Assembly (NCBI GenBank): GCA_043812495.1
Contig: JBDRMG010000006.1
Location: 1-46,092 of the forward strand
Direction: 5' to 3'
DNA from: Candidatus Omnitrophota bacterium
Lineage (GTDB): Bacteria > Omnitrophota > Gorgyraeia > Zapsychrales > JBDRMG01
Length of the DNA: 46,092 bases
The first letter of the stretch is position 1. Every line of letters begins with the position of its first letter. The notes beneath the pieces are model-generated. The model did not search any database and was not told where the DNA came from. It saw only the letters and a program-made list of their open reading frames with translations. The translations under genes were made by a program, and so were the position numbers. Positions 1 to 7,964 of the stretch are shown one piece after another.

Positions 1-250
1 TTATGGATGCCGACGATGAGTCGGCAGAACATAAGTGCATGACCGATAAATGACGGCTTGTGTTACGGAGAGAAACGCCCGCCTTTTTCTTAATATTTTC
101 GCGAGGTCTCGTCAATTCGATTTTATCGAATTGACGGAACGTAACACAATTGCCGGAATTTACCTCGAGCGAATGATAATGAGCGAGAGGCCCCGCCATT
201 GATTCAGTGGCGGATGGGGGACCAAGCAAAGGCAATTATAATATTTCAAC
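1..250 (-). repeat. Modular palindromic intergenic element, copy G (truncated by window edge; carries two hairpin-2 units)
   Basis: Reverse complement reads GTTGAAATATTATAATTGCCTTTGCTTGGTCCCCC-ATCCGCCACTGAATCAATGGCGGGG-CCTCTCGCTCATTATCATTCGCTCGAGG-TAAATTCCGGC..GCCGTCATT..CGGTCATGCACTTATG..CATAA; matches the other copies. Confidence 0.9.
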
Positions 251-312
251 CAGAAACGTAAACGATTTTATCATTTTGCATCAAAAAGAAAAAATTTAGC
301 AAGGAGAAAATC

Positions 313-753
313 ATGAGTAAGCGAAAAATTATTTTTGTTGATAAGCAGGTGCAGGGTTCGTACATGCTAATGACGGGGCTCTCGGTCTTTTTCACGGGGC
401 TGTGCGTTGGGGTAACGACTTATTGCTTAATGTTCAACTCGCTAGCAGAGCAGATGGGGACACTGAATCTCGCCAAATTTGATTTCCAGATTGTCACAGA
501 GTCCGATATTCCCCGTTTTATCGCTGTATTGGCGGCTATCATTGGCCTGAGCATCTTGACGAGCCTATTTTTTCTGTTTTATACGCATCGGATTGTCGGT
601 CCCATCAAAAGAATGCAAGCGGCCTTCGAGACAGCCGGGCGTGGCGATTTCTCCGTTCGTTTAAGATTGCGCCAAAAGGATTTACTGGTCCCTTTGGCCG
701 AAAGCTTTAATAAGATGGCTGAGCAGTTACAGGACAAATGCATATCCAAATAA
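313..753 (+). CDS. Two-TM membrane protein with C-terminal HAMP domain
   Basis: SD AAGGAG; two hydrophobic segments, then HRIVGPIKRMQAAFETAGRGDFSVRLRLRQKDLLVPLAESFNKM (HAMP). Confidence 0.8.
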   Translation: MSKRKIIFVDKQVQGSYMLMTGLSVFFTGLCVGVTTYCLMFNSLAEQMGTLNLAKFDFQIVTESDIPRFIAVLAAIIGLSILTSLFFLFYTHRIVGPIKRMQAAFETAGRGDFSVRLRLRQKDLLVPLAESFNKMAEQLQDKCISK

Positions 754-761
754 AGACATCC

Positions 762-1187
762 ATGAAACACTTGATCACTCAGAATAAAAAAGGTTTTACT
801 ATCATAGAGTTATTGGTGGTGATGGCCATCATCGTGATTTTAGCCGCTATTCTTTTTCCGGCGGTGATGAGAGCCAGGCTGAATACCAACGAATTTCTGG
901 CCGTCAAAGGACTTAGAAGTCTCTGCCAGGCCCTGGAGCTCTACAGAATTGATAATGGGGATTATCCTGATACAGCCGAAGATTTGATTAACAGTCATCC
1001 ACCCTATGTTCAAAATCCAGCCATTGTTCAGGCAGCGACAGCCGGCGAAATTCCTTATGTCGGTTATTATTTTGACTATACAAAAACAGAACCGATGAAA
1101 TATACCTATACAGCCTCCCCTAAAACCATCGGAGCGACAGGAACAAAAACGTTTACTGTCGACGAAGACGGCGAAATTGAAGAATAA
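762..1187 (+). CDS. Type IV pilin / type II secretion pseudopilin (prepilin N-terminal cleavage-methylation motif)
   Basis: KKG|FTIIELLVVMAIIVILAAILFP class III signal peptide; LELYRIDNGDYP. Confidence 0.85.
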   Translation: MKHLITQNKKGFTIIELLVVMAIIVILAAILFPAVMRARLNTNEFLAVKGLRSLCQALELYRIDNGDYPDTAEDLINSHPPYVQNPAIVQAATAGEIPYVGYYFDYTKTEPMKYTYTASPKTIGATGTKTFTVDEDGEIEE

Positions 1188-1247
1188 AGCACTTCCTCGA
1201 AAATTGAAGCCTTTCGGCGTTTTTTCATTTGACCCTCAAGAATATCA

Positions 1248-1276
1248 TTGCACTTATTTTGGAAGGATTATATAAT
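1248..1276 (+). promoter_or_regulatory. Sigma70-type promoter for the SOR-ferredoxin genes
   Basis: TTGCAC-17 nt-TATAAT upstream of the 1339 start. Confidence 0.6.
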
Positions 1277-1338
1277 ATTCCTCTAAAATTTGTATTTCAA
1301 GATTAATATAAAAGATTGATATAAGAAGGGAGCGTTCT

Positions 1339-1733
1339 GTGGCAGACTTCAAAGAATTATTTCAAAGCGCGGATTGGAAGACCGAAAAACATGTTCCGGT
1401 GATTGAGGCGCCGGAGTCCGTGAAAAAAGGTGAATTTTTTAAGGTGACCGCAGCGGTCGGCAAGGACGTCGCTCATCCCAATAAAACAGAACATCATATT
1501 GCCTGGATTGATCTGTATTTCCATCCTAAGGAAGAAAAATTTCCTTATCAAATCGGAAGGCGGAATTTTCAGCTCACGGGGCTTCCGCGCAGGGACCCGA
1601 TACAAGCTCGGTGTATACCCATCACGAAGCGACACTGAGTTTTAAAACGGATAAAGACGGTGTTATTTATGCCGCGAGCTTCTGCAATATCCATGGGTTA
1701 TGGCAAGGCTCGAAGGAAGTCAAGGTCCTTTAA
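1339..1733 (+). CDS. Superoxide reductase (neelaredoxin / class II SORL), apparent 1-nt frameshift near 1558-1560
   Basis: EKHVP and HP..EHHIAW in one frame; from 1560 the shifted frame gives AEFSAHG...SFCNIHGLWQGSKEVKVL* (CNIHGLW iron-ligand motif). Confidence 0.85.
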
Positions 1734-1765
1734 CTAGCAACTTTAAGACATAAGGAGGTCAAATC

Positions 1766-1954
1766 ATGAGAGCAAAAGTTGATCCAGAGGCTTGCACGGG
1801 ATGTGAGCTTTGCGTACAGACATGTCCGGAGGTTTTCAAGATGGAAGGCGATAAGGCCATTGTTTCAGTTGATCAGGTTCCTGAATCCGCCCAATCTTCA
1901 TGTCAACAATCAGCGGATGATTGCCCGGTAACTGCGATTCTCATTGAAGCATAA
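1766..1954 (+). CDS. Monocluster ferredoxin
   Basis: CTGCELC..CPEVF...DCPVTAI; strong SD AAGGAGG. Confidence 0.9.
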   Translation: MRAKVDPEACTGCELCVQTCPEVFKMEGDKAIVSVDQVPESAQSSCQQSADDCPVTAILIEA

Positions 1955-1976
1955 TTGGAATTATTGATAGAGGAAA

Positions 1977-2014
1977 AAGGAGTGTTCTTTTTATAAAAAA
2001 GACACTCCTTATTC
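1977..2014 (+). terminator. Intrinsic terminator after ferredoxin
   Basis: AAGGAGTGT..ACACTCCTT stem followed by ATTCTTTT. Confidence 0.65.
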
Positions 2015-2152
2015 TTTTAATGAGCCCGCCAACAATTCGTTGGCGAGGCGAATTAACCTCGAGCGAATGATAATGAGCGAGAGGTCGCCCAACAAAATTG
2101 CTTAAGATTTTAATGGGCGGGGACCAAGCAAAACCAATTATAATATTTCAAC
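2014..2152 (-). repeat. Modular palindromic intergenic element, copy H
   Basis: rc: GTTGAAATATTATAATTGGTTTTGCTTGGTCCCCGCCC..GGGCGA-CCTCTCGCTCATTATCATTCGCTCGAGG-TTAATTCGCCTCGCCAACGAATTGTTGGCGGGCTCATTAAAAG. Confidence 0.9.
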
Positions 2153-2192
2153 CATAATATTCTAACTATATTCTTTTTAGAAGAATAATTTG

Positions 2193-3329
2193 ATGGAAAA
2201 CAAAATTGTCATTATTGGCGGTGGATTTGCCGGATTGAACGCTGTACGGGCGCTGCGCCGTTTAGATCAGCACCTGCCCATTACGGTCATTGACCACAGG
2301 GAGCACGCTCATTTTCTGCCTTTATTGCCGGATGTCATCGGCCGGGGCATCAAACCGGAAACACTTTTAATGAGCCACCGGTATCTGGCTGAAAAACTAA
2401 AGGTTCAGTTCATTTACGACAAAGTCACATCGATTGATTTTGAGAAGAAGAGTGCTTCCTTGGGCGCCGGTACGGTTTCTTATGATTACTTGATGGTCAC
2501 CAGCGGAGCGGAAACAAATTTTTACTCTCAAAAATCCGTTGAGCCATATTGTTGTTGCCTGGAGACGGTTCAAGATGCCCGGAAGATAAAAGAGGCAGCA
2601 CAAAAAGATGAAGTCGAAACCATTGTCATCGTCGGGGGCGGGTATACGGGAATCGAAATTGCCACCAACTTAAGGCGACTTTTACAACAAAAGCAACTGT
2701 TCAAAAGAATCGTGATTATTGAGAGAGCAAGCTCCATTCTCGGCCCTCTCCCTCAATGGATGAAAGATTATGCTAAAAGAAATTTACTGCAGCTCAATAT
2801 CCAGGTTAAGCTCGAGACCACACTTCAGGACGCGAAAGAGGGAAAAATTACACTTTCGAATCATGAAATCATTGACCGGTCCTTATTGATTTGGGTCGCC
2901 GGTGTCAAGACAGGTTCATTCATCCAAAACCTGAATGCCGAGAAGAATCCCCAAGGACGTATCAAAGTCGACAAATATCTGAGATGCAGCGAACATTGTT
3001 TTGTCGCCGGTGATGCCGCTTGCGTTTCTCATTTGGACTCTCCTGTAAGAATGGCGGTGCAATTTTCCATCATGGAAGGAATTGTTGCGGCGAACAATAT
3101 CTTCCGGTCAATCAAGAAAAAGCCGCTTAGAGAATATCAACCCGTTGATCTCGGGTATGTGATTCCGATGGCCAATAACCGTTCCTGCGGCTGGGTCCTT
3201 GGCTTGAATTTGAGGGGGTTGCTGCCGACCATTTTGCATTATGTAATGTGCTTTTATCGATTATATGGCTTAAGGAATAGATTTTATCTGGTGAAAGATT
3301 TAGTCCGAGGGCTCGCGAAAAAACCTTAA
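2193..3329 (+). CDS. ndh: FAD-dependent pyridine nucleotide oxidoreductase, type II NADH dehydrogenase-like
   Basis: Two Rossmann motifs (IIGGGFAG, IVGGGYTGIE), LIWVAGV, FVAGDAA. Confidence 0.8.
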   Translation: MENKIVIIGGGFAGLNAVRALRRLDQHLPITVIDHREHAHFLPLLPDVIGRGIKPETLLMSHRYLAEKLKVQFIYDKVTSIDFEKKSASLGAGTVSYDYLMVTSGAETNFYSQKSVEPYCCCLETVQDARKIKEAAQKDEVETIVIVGGGYTGIEIATNLRRLLQQKQLFKRIVIIERASSILGPLPQWMKDYAKRNLLQLNIQVKLETTLQDAKEGKITLSNHEIIDRSLLIWVAGVKTGSFIQNLNAEKNPQGRIKVDKYLRCSEHCFVAGDAACVSHLDSPVRMAVQFSIMEGIVAANNIFRSIKKKPLREYQPVDLGYVIPMANNRSCGWVLGLNLRGLLPTILHYVMCFYRLYGLRNRFYLVKDLVRGLAKKP

Positions 3330-3332
3330 CAG

Positions 3333-3470
3333 CCCTTCACGAAATTCGTTCAGGGCTGTTGATTACAACGATTTTGCAATGATTACACAGATTGAACCGT
3401 CGGGAACTAATCTGTGTAATCTGTTTCTTAATCAGTGTAATCAAGGGCGAAACGATTTTTGTGAAGCCCT
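3333..3470. mobile_element. MITE-like long imperfect palindrome flanked by a 12-bp direct repeat
   Basis: AAACCTTAACAG at 3321-3332 and 3471-3482; near-terminal IR CTTCACGAAATTCGTT / AACGATTTTTGTGAAG; internal GATTACACAGATT / AATCTGTGTAATC. Confidence 0.6.
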
Positions 3471-3495
3471 AAACCTTAACAGAAGGAGGGGAGCT

Positions 3496-3907
3496 ATGCA
3501 GAAAGAACAACTATTGGATACCGGGATTTTTATTCTGCGCATCGGCTTGGGCACCATATTTTTGGCCCATGGTTTACAAAAAGTATTTGGGGTTTTCGGC
3601 GGACCCGGGATAGAGGGCTTTACCGGGATGATGAAAAACCTTGGATTCTCTTTTCCCGTATTTTGGGCCTGGACAGCGGCCTTGGGTGAATTACTGGGGG
3701 GGAGCTTTGTTAATTTTGGGCGTACTCCCGAGAATCAGCGCAGGCACTATTGCCATAATCGCGCTTGTGGCGATCATCAAAGTCCATAGGAAAAACGGGT
3801 TTTTTTTAGATAAGGGCGGCATCGAGTATGTCTTTTTGATCTTATCGACAGCCATTTTTATCATTCTTAATGGAGCCGGAAGGCTTTCTTTGTTCAACAA
3901 GTACTAA
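3496..3907 (+). CDS. DoxX family membrane protein, apparent +1 frameshift in G7 run (3696-3702)
   Basis: LRIGLGTIFLAHGLQKVFG..ELLGG continues in the next frame as ALLILG..GGIEY..GAGRLSL; SD GGAGG. Confidence 0.85.
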
Positions 3908-3918
3908 GAAAATAAAGA

Positions 3919-3946
3919 TTGTCAAAAGACCAGAAAGTTCTATAAT
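3919..3946 (+). promoter_or_regulatory. Sigma70-type promoter
   Basis: TTGTCA-16 nt-TATAAT. Confidence 0.5.
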
Positions 3947-4007
3947 ATAACTTCCCAGACAGAAAAGTCAGATGGGTGCAAGAAAAATTGTGAAAAAGGA
4001 GGGACAA

Positions 4008-4202
4008 ATGCCACGACGAATCATCAAAAGACAAAGCTCCAAAGACAAGGGCACAGGCCTTTCCGCAAGCCAAGAACGACTCCTCAGTGAGATTCAAAAG
4101 AGAGCGTATTGGCTCTATGAAGGAAGAGGCTGCGTAAGCGGCAATGATTGGGCCGATTGGTTTACAGCGGAAAAACAAGTCAGAGAAGGAATGAAAGTCT
4201 AA
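4008..4202 (+). CDS. DUF2934-family small protein
   Basis: EIQKRAYWLYEGRG...DWADWFTAEKQV signature; SD AAGGAGG. Confidence 0.8.
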   Translation: MPRRIIKRQSSKDKGTGLSASQERLLSEIQKRAYWLYEGRGCVSGNDWADWFTAEKQVREGMKV

Positions 4203-4270
4203 GGACGATCGAAAGAGAAAGTCGCTTTTTTTTCTTAGAAATCTTCCATCTCTTTCTTATTCTTGATTTT

Positions 4271-4498
4271 ATGAGACGCATCTTATTGATTTTTCTTTGC
4301 TTGCAGCTAGTGGGCTGTGCTTCGTTTCCGGGCGGTAAAAAAATAAGTGATCTTGAATCTTCTGTTGCCGAGAAGGATCAAACGATTAAGACCCTTCAAG
4401 AATCTCTTCAGAAAAAAGAAGAACAACTGGCCCAGAAAGATTCCGAGATAACGAAATTACGCAAACAGCTCGAGACATTTGGTGTTTTTAACAAGTAA
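4271..4498 (+). CDS. Small coiled-coil lipoprotein
   Basis: Lipobox LVGC after MRRILLIFL; heptad-rich C-terminus. Confidence 0.65.
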   Translation: MRRILLIFLCLQLVGCASFPGGKKISDLESSVAEKDQTIKTLQESLQKKEEQLAQKDSEITKLRKQLETFGVFNK

Positions 4499-4587
4499 TT
4501 GCACAATCCGCTTTTTATTTTTCTCAAGCTTAGATTCTCGCGAGTCCATCAATTTTGGTTCTTTCTTGTTAAGGGTGAACGAAAGAA

Positions 4588-4681
4588 CCTGATTCCAAAG
4601 ATTATTGAGTGATTAAACAGATTTGATTTCTGGCGATATAAATAAATCGGTGTAATCAATTTTATAATCATTGTCATCAGG
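4588..4681. repeat. Imperfect palindrome related to the 3333-3470 element (GATTAMACAGATT / AATCGGTGTAATC type)
   Basis: CCTGAT..GATTAAACAGATTT..AAATCGGTGTAATC..ATCAGG. Confidence 0.5.
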
Positions 4682-4814
4682 GCCATTCAATAATTCCAAC
4701 TATCCAGCTGAATAAGAATGGCCCTCAATTTTTCCAGAAAAAGAGTCATTTCCCTTAAGATTGCTCATTCGGAGATCAGCGAAAGGGCAAACTGTTAACT
4801 AACCATAAAAAAAG

Positions 4815-4948
4815 GAAATATCATAATTGTATTTGCTTCATCCCCCACCCGCCACTGAATCAATGGCGGGCGGTGGTCAATTCGGCCATGCACTTATGTT
4901 CTGCCCCGCCTTTGGCGCGGCATCCATAAGTACAGGCCTCATTGAAAG
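4815..4948 (+). repeat. Modular palindromic intergenic element, copy A (abuts the nadA RBS)
   Basis: GAAATATCATAATTGTATTTGCTTCATCCCCC-ACCCGCCACTGAATCAATGGCGGG..TCAATTCGGCCATGCACTTATG-[GCCCCGCCTTTGGCGCGGC]-CATAAGTACAGGCCTCATTGAAAG. Confidence 0.9.
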
Positions 4949-4957
4949 GAGTCCAGC

Positions 4958-5875
4958 TTGAATATTGCCGATCAAATCCGGTCGCTGAAAAAGAAACGAA
5001 ACGCCGTCATTCTGGTCCACAATTATCAACTTCCGGAAATTCAAGATATTGCGGATTTTATCGGCGACTCTTTAGGCTTGAGCATCAAGGCCTCCAAGAC
5101 GCAAGCTGATGTGATTGTTTTTTGCGGCGTCTATTTTATGGCCGAAACCGCTAAAATCGTTTCTCCCCAGAAAACTGTCCTTATTCCCGATAAACTGGCC
5201 GGCTGCCCCATGGCCGATATGATCAGCGCGGAAAGCCTACGGGAGCTGAAAAACAAACATCCTCAAGCCAAGGTCCTGTGTTATGTTAATACTTCGGCGG
5301 AAGTTAAAGCCGAAGCGGATATGTGCTGTACGTCCGCTAATGCCGTGACCATGCTGCAGGAAGGTTTTCAGCCGCAGGATGAGATCATTTTTGTTCCCGA
5401 TAAATATTTGGCTAATTATGCCGCCAGTCAGACCGGACGAAAGCTTATTACCTGGAACGGGTACTGTCCTTCTCACGTCAAAATTCTTCCTCAAGACATC
5501 CAGAAGCAGAAACAACTCCATCCGCAGGCCAAGGTTTTGGTTCACCCCGAGTGTACGCCGGACGTGATTCGCTTAGCCGATGTGGTTTGCTCCACCGAAG
5601 GTATTTTTCATTATGTCCAAAAGTCGCAGGACGAAGAATTTATTATCGGAACAGAAACGGACATGCTCTACCGGCTTCGCGTCAATAATCCCGGCAAGAA
5701 ATTTTATCCGGCGTCAGAGCTGGCCATTTGCCCCAATATGAAACGCATCACCCTGGATAAGGTCCACTCGGCCCTTGAGAGGATACAGTTTGAAGTAACG
5801 GTTGAGCCCTCTATTCTCGTGAAAGCACAAAAGAGTATTAAGCGCATGATGGAATGTAAAGCCGCCGTTGCTTAA
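4958..5875 (+). CDS. nadA: Quinolinate synthase
   Basis: AVILVHNYQ, GDSL, FCGVYFMAET, GCPMA, CYVNT, VHPEC, CPNMK. Confidence 0.97.
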   Translation: MNIADQIRSLKKKRNAVILVHNYQLPEIQDIADFIGDSLGLSIKASKTQADVIVFCGVYFMAETAKIVSPQKTVLIPDKLAGCPMADMISAESLRELKNKHPQAKVLCYVNTSAEVKAEADMCCTSANAVTMLQEGFQPQDEIIFVPDKYLANYAASQTGRKLITWNGYCPSHVKILPQDIQKQKQLHPQAKVLVHPECTPDVIRLADVVCSTEGIFHYVQKSQDEEFIIGTETDMLYRLRVNNPGKKFYPASELAICPNMKRITLDKVHSALERIQFEVTVEPSILVKAQKSIKRMMECKAAVA

Positions 5876-5880
5876 AGTTA

Positions 5881-6063
5881 GTTGAAATATGATAATTGTA
5901 TTTGCTTAATCCCCAGCCCGCCACTGAATCAATGGCGGGCGGTGTCAATTCGGCCATGCACTTATGTTTCCGTCAATTCGATAAAATCGAATTGACGAGA
6001 CCTCGCAAAATTTAAAAAATTAGCGGACATTATCATTCCATAAGTGCAGGCCTCATTGAAAAG
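5881..6063 (+). repeat. Modular palindromic intergenic element, copy B
   Basis: GTTGAAATATGATAATTGTATTTGCTTAATCCCC..TCAATTCGGCCATGCACTTATG-[CGTCAATTCGATAAAATCGAATTGACG...]-CATAAGTGCAGGCCTCATTGAAAAG. Confidence 0.92.
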
Positions 6064-6078
6064 AATAAACAGGAGAAC

Positions 6079-7272
6079 ATGGTGACCAAAAGACAAATCT
6101 ATATGGATCACAATGCGACGGCCCCTCTTCATCCGGAAGTCAAGAAAGCGATTCATGAAGCGATGGAGATCTTCGGGAATCCTTCGAGTCTTCATGGATT
6201 TGGCCGTCTGGCCAAAAAGCGCGTGGAAGAGGGCCGGGAGAAAGTCGCTTCCTTTATCGGCGCCGAACCCGATGAAATCGTCTTTTCCGGCAGCGGTTCC
6301 GAAGCCAATAATACCATCTTATCGATGCTTGTGTGCGGTTCACATCAATGCCCTTACCAAGCTCAAGGTCCGATGGAAATTATCACGACCAAAATCGAAC
6401 ATCCCTGCATTCTGGAAACAGCCAAGTGCCTTCAGGACAGGGGCGTGAGCGTCTTGTTTGTCGGTGTTGACCGCCATGGAAAGATCAATATAGATCAATT
6501 GAAAGATTCCATTACACCCAGGACGCGGATTGTTTCTGTGATGATGGCCAATAATGAAATCGGCACCATTCAGGATATTAAGACGATCGCTCAAATCGTT
6601 CACGCTAAAGGGGTCTTGTTTCACACCGACGCGGTCCAGGCCGTGGGTAAAATTCCTGTTGATGTGCGTGATCTGAACGTGGATTTTCTGACGTTATCAG
6701 GGCACAAAATTTATGGCCCCAAAGGAATCGGAGCGCTCTATACGCGCAAAGGCATTCCCTTTTGTCCCCTAATCCGCGGCGGTCATCAGGAAAGAGGACG
6801 GCGCGCCGGAACGGAAAATACACTCGGCATTATTGGTTTAGGAAAGGCCATTGACATGCGCGCCAAAGAAATGCCATCTGAGGCCAAGCGGTTGCTCGAG
6901 CTCAAAACCATTCTCAAAAAAGGCATTGAAGAAAAGATACCCGATATTCAGTTTAATGGTCATCCCACAGACTCCCTTCCCAATACTATAAATGTTTCCT
7001 TTGAAGGGGCCGAAGGAGAGGCTATTCTTTTGTATCTCGATTTTGAAGGAATTGCGGTCTCCACAGGCTCGGCCTGCGCTTCGGGGTCGCTTGATCCGTC
7101 CCATGTCCTTTTGGCTACAGGCCTTGCGGCTGAACAAGCCCATGGTTCGGTGCGCGTGAGCTTAGGCCGCGACAATACAAAAGAAGATATTAACTATCTT
7201 TTGGAGGTCCTTCCTCGCGTTATTGATAAAATCAGAAATATGTCGACCGTCTATACAAAGAAAACATCATGA
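6079..7272 (+). CDS. nifS: Cysteine desulfurase (NifS/IscS family)
   Basis: YMDHNATAP, GNPSSLH, HTDAVQ, SGHKIYGPKG, STGSACASG. Confidence 0.95.
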   Translation: MVTKRQIYMDHNATAPLHPEVKKAIHEAMEIFGNPSSLHGFGRLAKKRVEEGREKVASFIGAEPDEIVFSGSGSEANNTILSMLVCGSHQCPYQAQGPMEIITTKIEHPCILETAKCLQDRGVSVLFVGVDRHGKINIDQLKDSITPRTRIVSVMMANNEIGTIQDIKTIAQIVHAKGVLFHTDAVQAVGKIPVDVRDLNVDFLTLSGHKIYGPKGIGALYTRKGIPFCPLIRGGHQERGRRAGTENTLGIIGLGKAIDMRAKEMPSEAKRLLELKTILKKGIEEKIPDIQFNGHPTDSLPNTINVSFEGAEGEAILLYLDFEGIAVSTGSACASGSLDPSHVLLATGLAAEQAHGSVRVSLGRDNTKEDINYLLEVLPRVIDKIRNMSTVYTKKTS

Positions 7273-7883
7273 GCGAACAATTCAATTGGGCTTATACGGA
7301 CAAAGTCAAAGACCATTTTATGAATCCCCGCAATGTCCTCAAGGATGAAGAGACCTTTCATGCGGATGGCGAAGGTGTTGTCGGCAATATCAAATGCGGG
7401 GACCAGATGATTTTTTACATCAAAGTCAACAAAGACAGGCAAACGATTACGGACTGCAAATGGAAGACGTATGGTTGTGCGAGCGCTATTGCAAGCACGT
7501 CCATTCTCTCGGAAATGGTCAAAGAAATGACGTTGGATGAAGCCTATCATCTTTCGCCCAAAGATATTGTTAAAGAGCTCGGGGCCTTGCCGGAACACAA
7601 AATTCATTGCTCGGTCTTGGGGGATAAAGCCTTGCGCGCGGCCATCAATGATTATTATCAGCGCAGCGGCATGGAGGACAAGATTAAGCAGGAGAAGGCG
7701 CATCTGGTGTGCCAATGTATGAACGTCACGGACCATGAGATAGAAAATGCTGTGCTGGAAGGGGCGCGGACGTACTATGAGCTCCAAGAGAGGACAAAAT
7801 TAGGCACGGTTTGCGGGCAATGCAAAGAAGAGGCCATTCGGCTTCTTTCGGAATATCAAAGGAAACATTTTGGAAGTTCTTAG
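7269..7883 (+). CDS. nifU: Fe-S scaffold NifU-like (IscU domain plus BFD-like [2Fe-2S] domain)
   Basis: HFMNPRN, CGD, YGCASAIAS, KIHCS; C-terminal CQC...GTVCGQC. Confidence 0.9.
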   Translation: MSEQFNWAYTDKVKDHFMNPRNVLKDEETFHADGEGVVGNIKCGDQMIFYIKVNKDRQTITDCKWKTYGCASAIASTSILSEMVKEMTLDEAYHLSPKDIVKELGALPEHKIHCSVLGDKALRAAINDYYQRSGMEDKIKQEKAHLVCQCMNVTDHEIENAVLEGARTYYELQERTKLGTVCGQCKEEAIRLLSEYQRKHFGSS

Positions 7884-7957
7884 TTTTGTAATAGAATAAA
7901 AAGGTCGATACAGAACAGGATGACCCTCTAGAGCCGACAGACGCATAGAGGGTTTTT
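7870..7957 (+). promoter_or_regulatory. Promoter plus short leader with terminator/RBS-sequestering hairpin (candidate attenuator)
   Basis: TTGGAA-16-TAGAAT; ACCCTCTA(7923-7930)/TAGAGGGT(7946-7953) followed by TTTT just before the transporter start. Confidence 0.45.
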
Positions 7958-7964
7958 GCCTCAA

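Noticed and set aside
4761..4800. Possible riboswitch upstream of nadA (AGGGCAAACT resembles a GEMM start; NAD+ riboswitch also considered)
   Set aside because: No GNRA hairpin or GACGCAAA follows, and I cannot match a known NAD+ aptamer.
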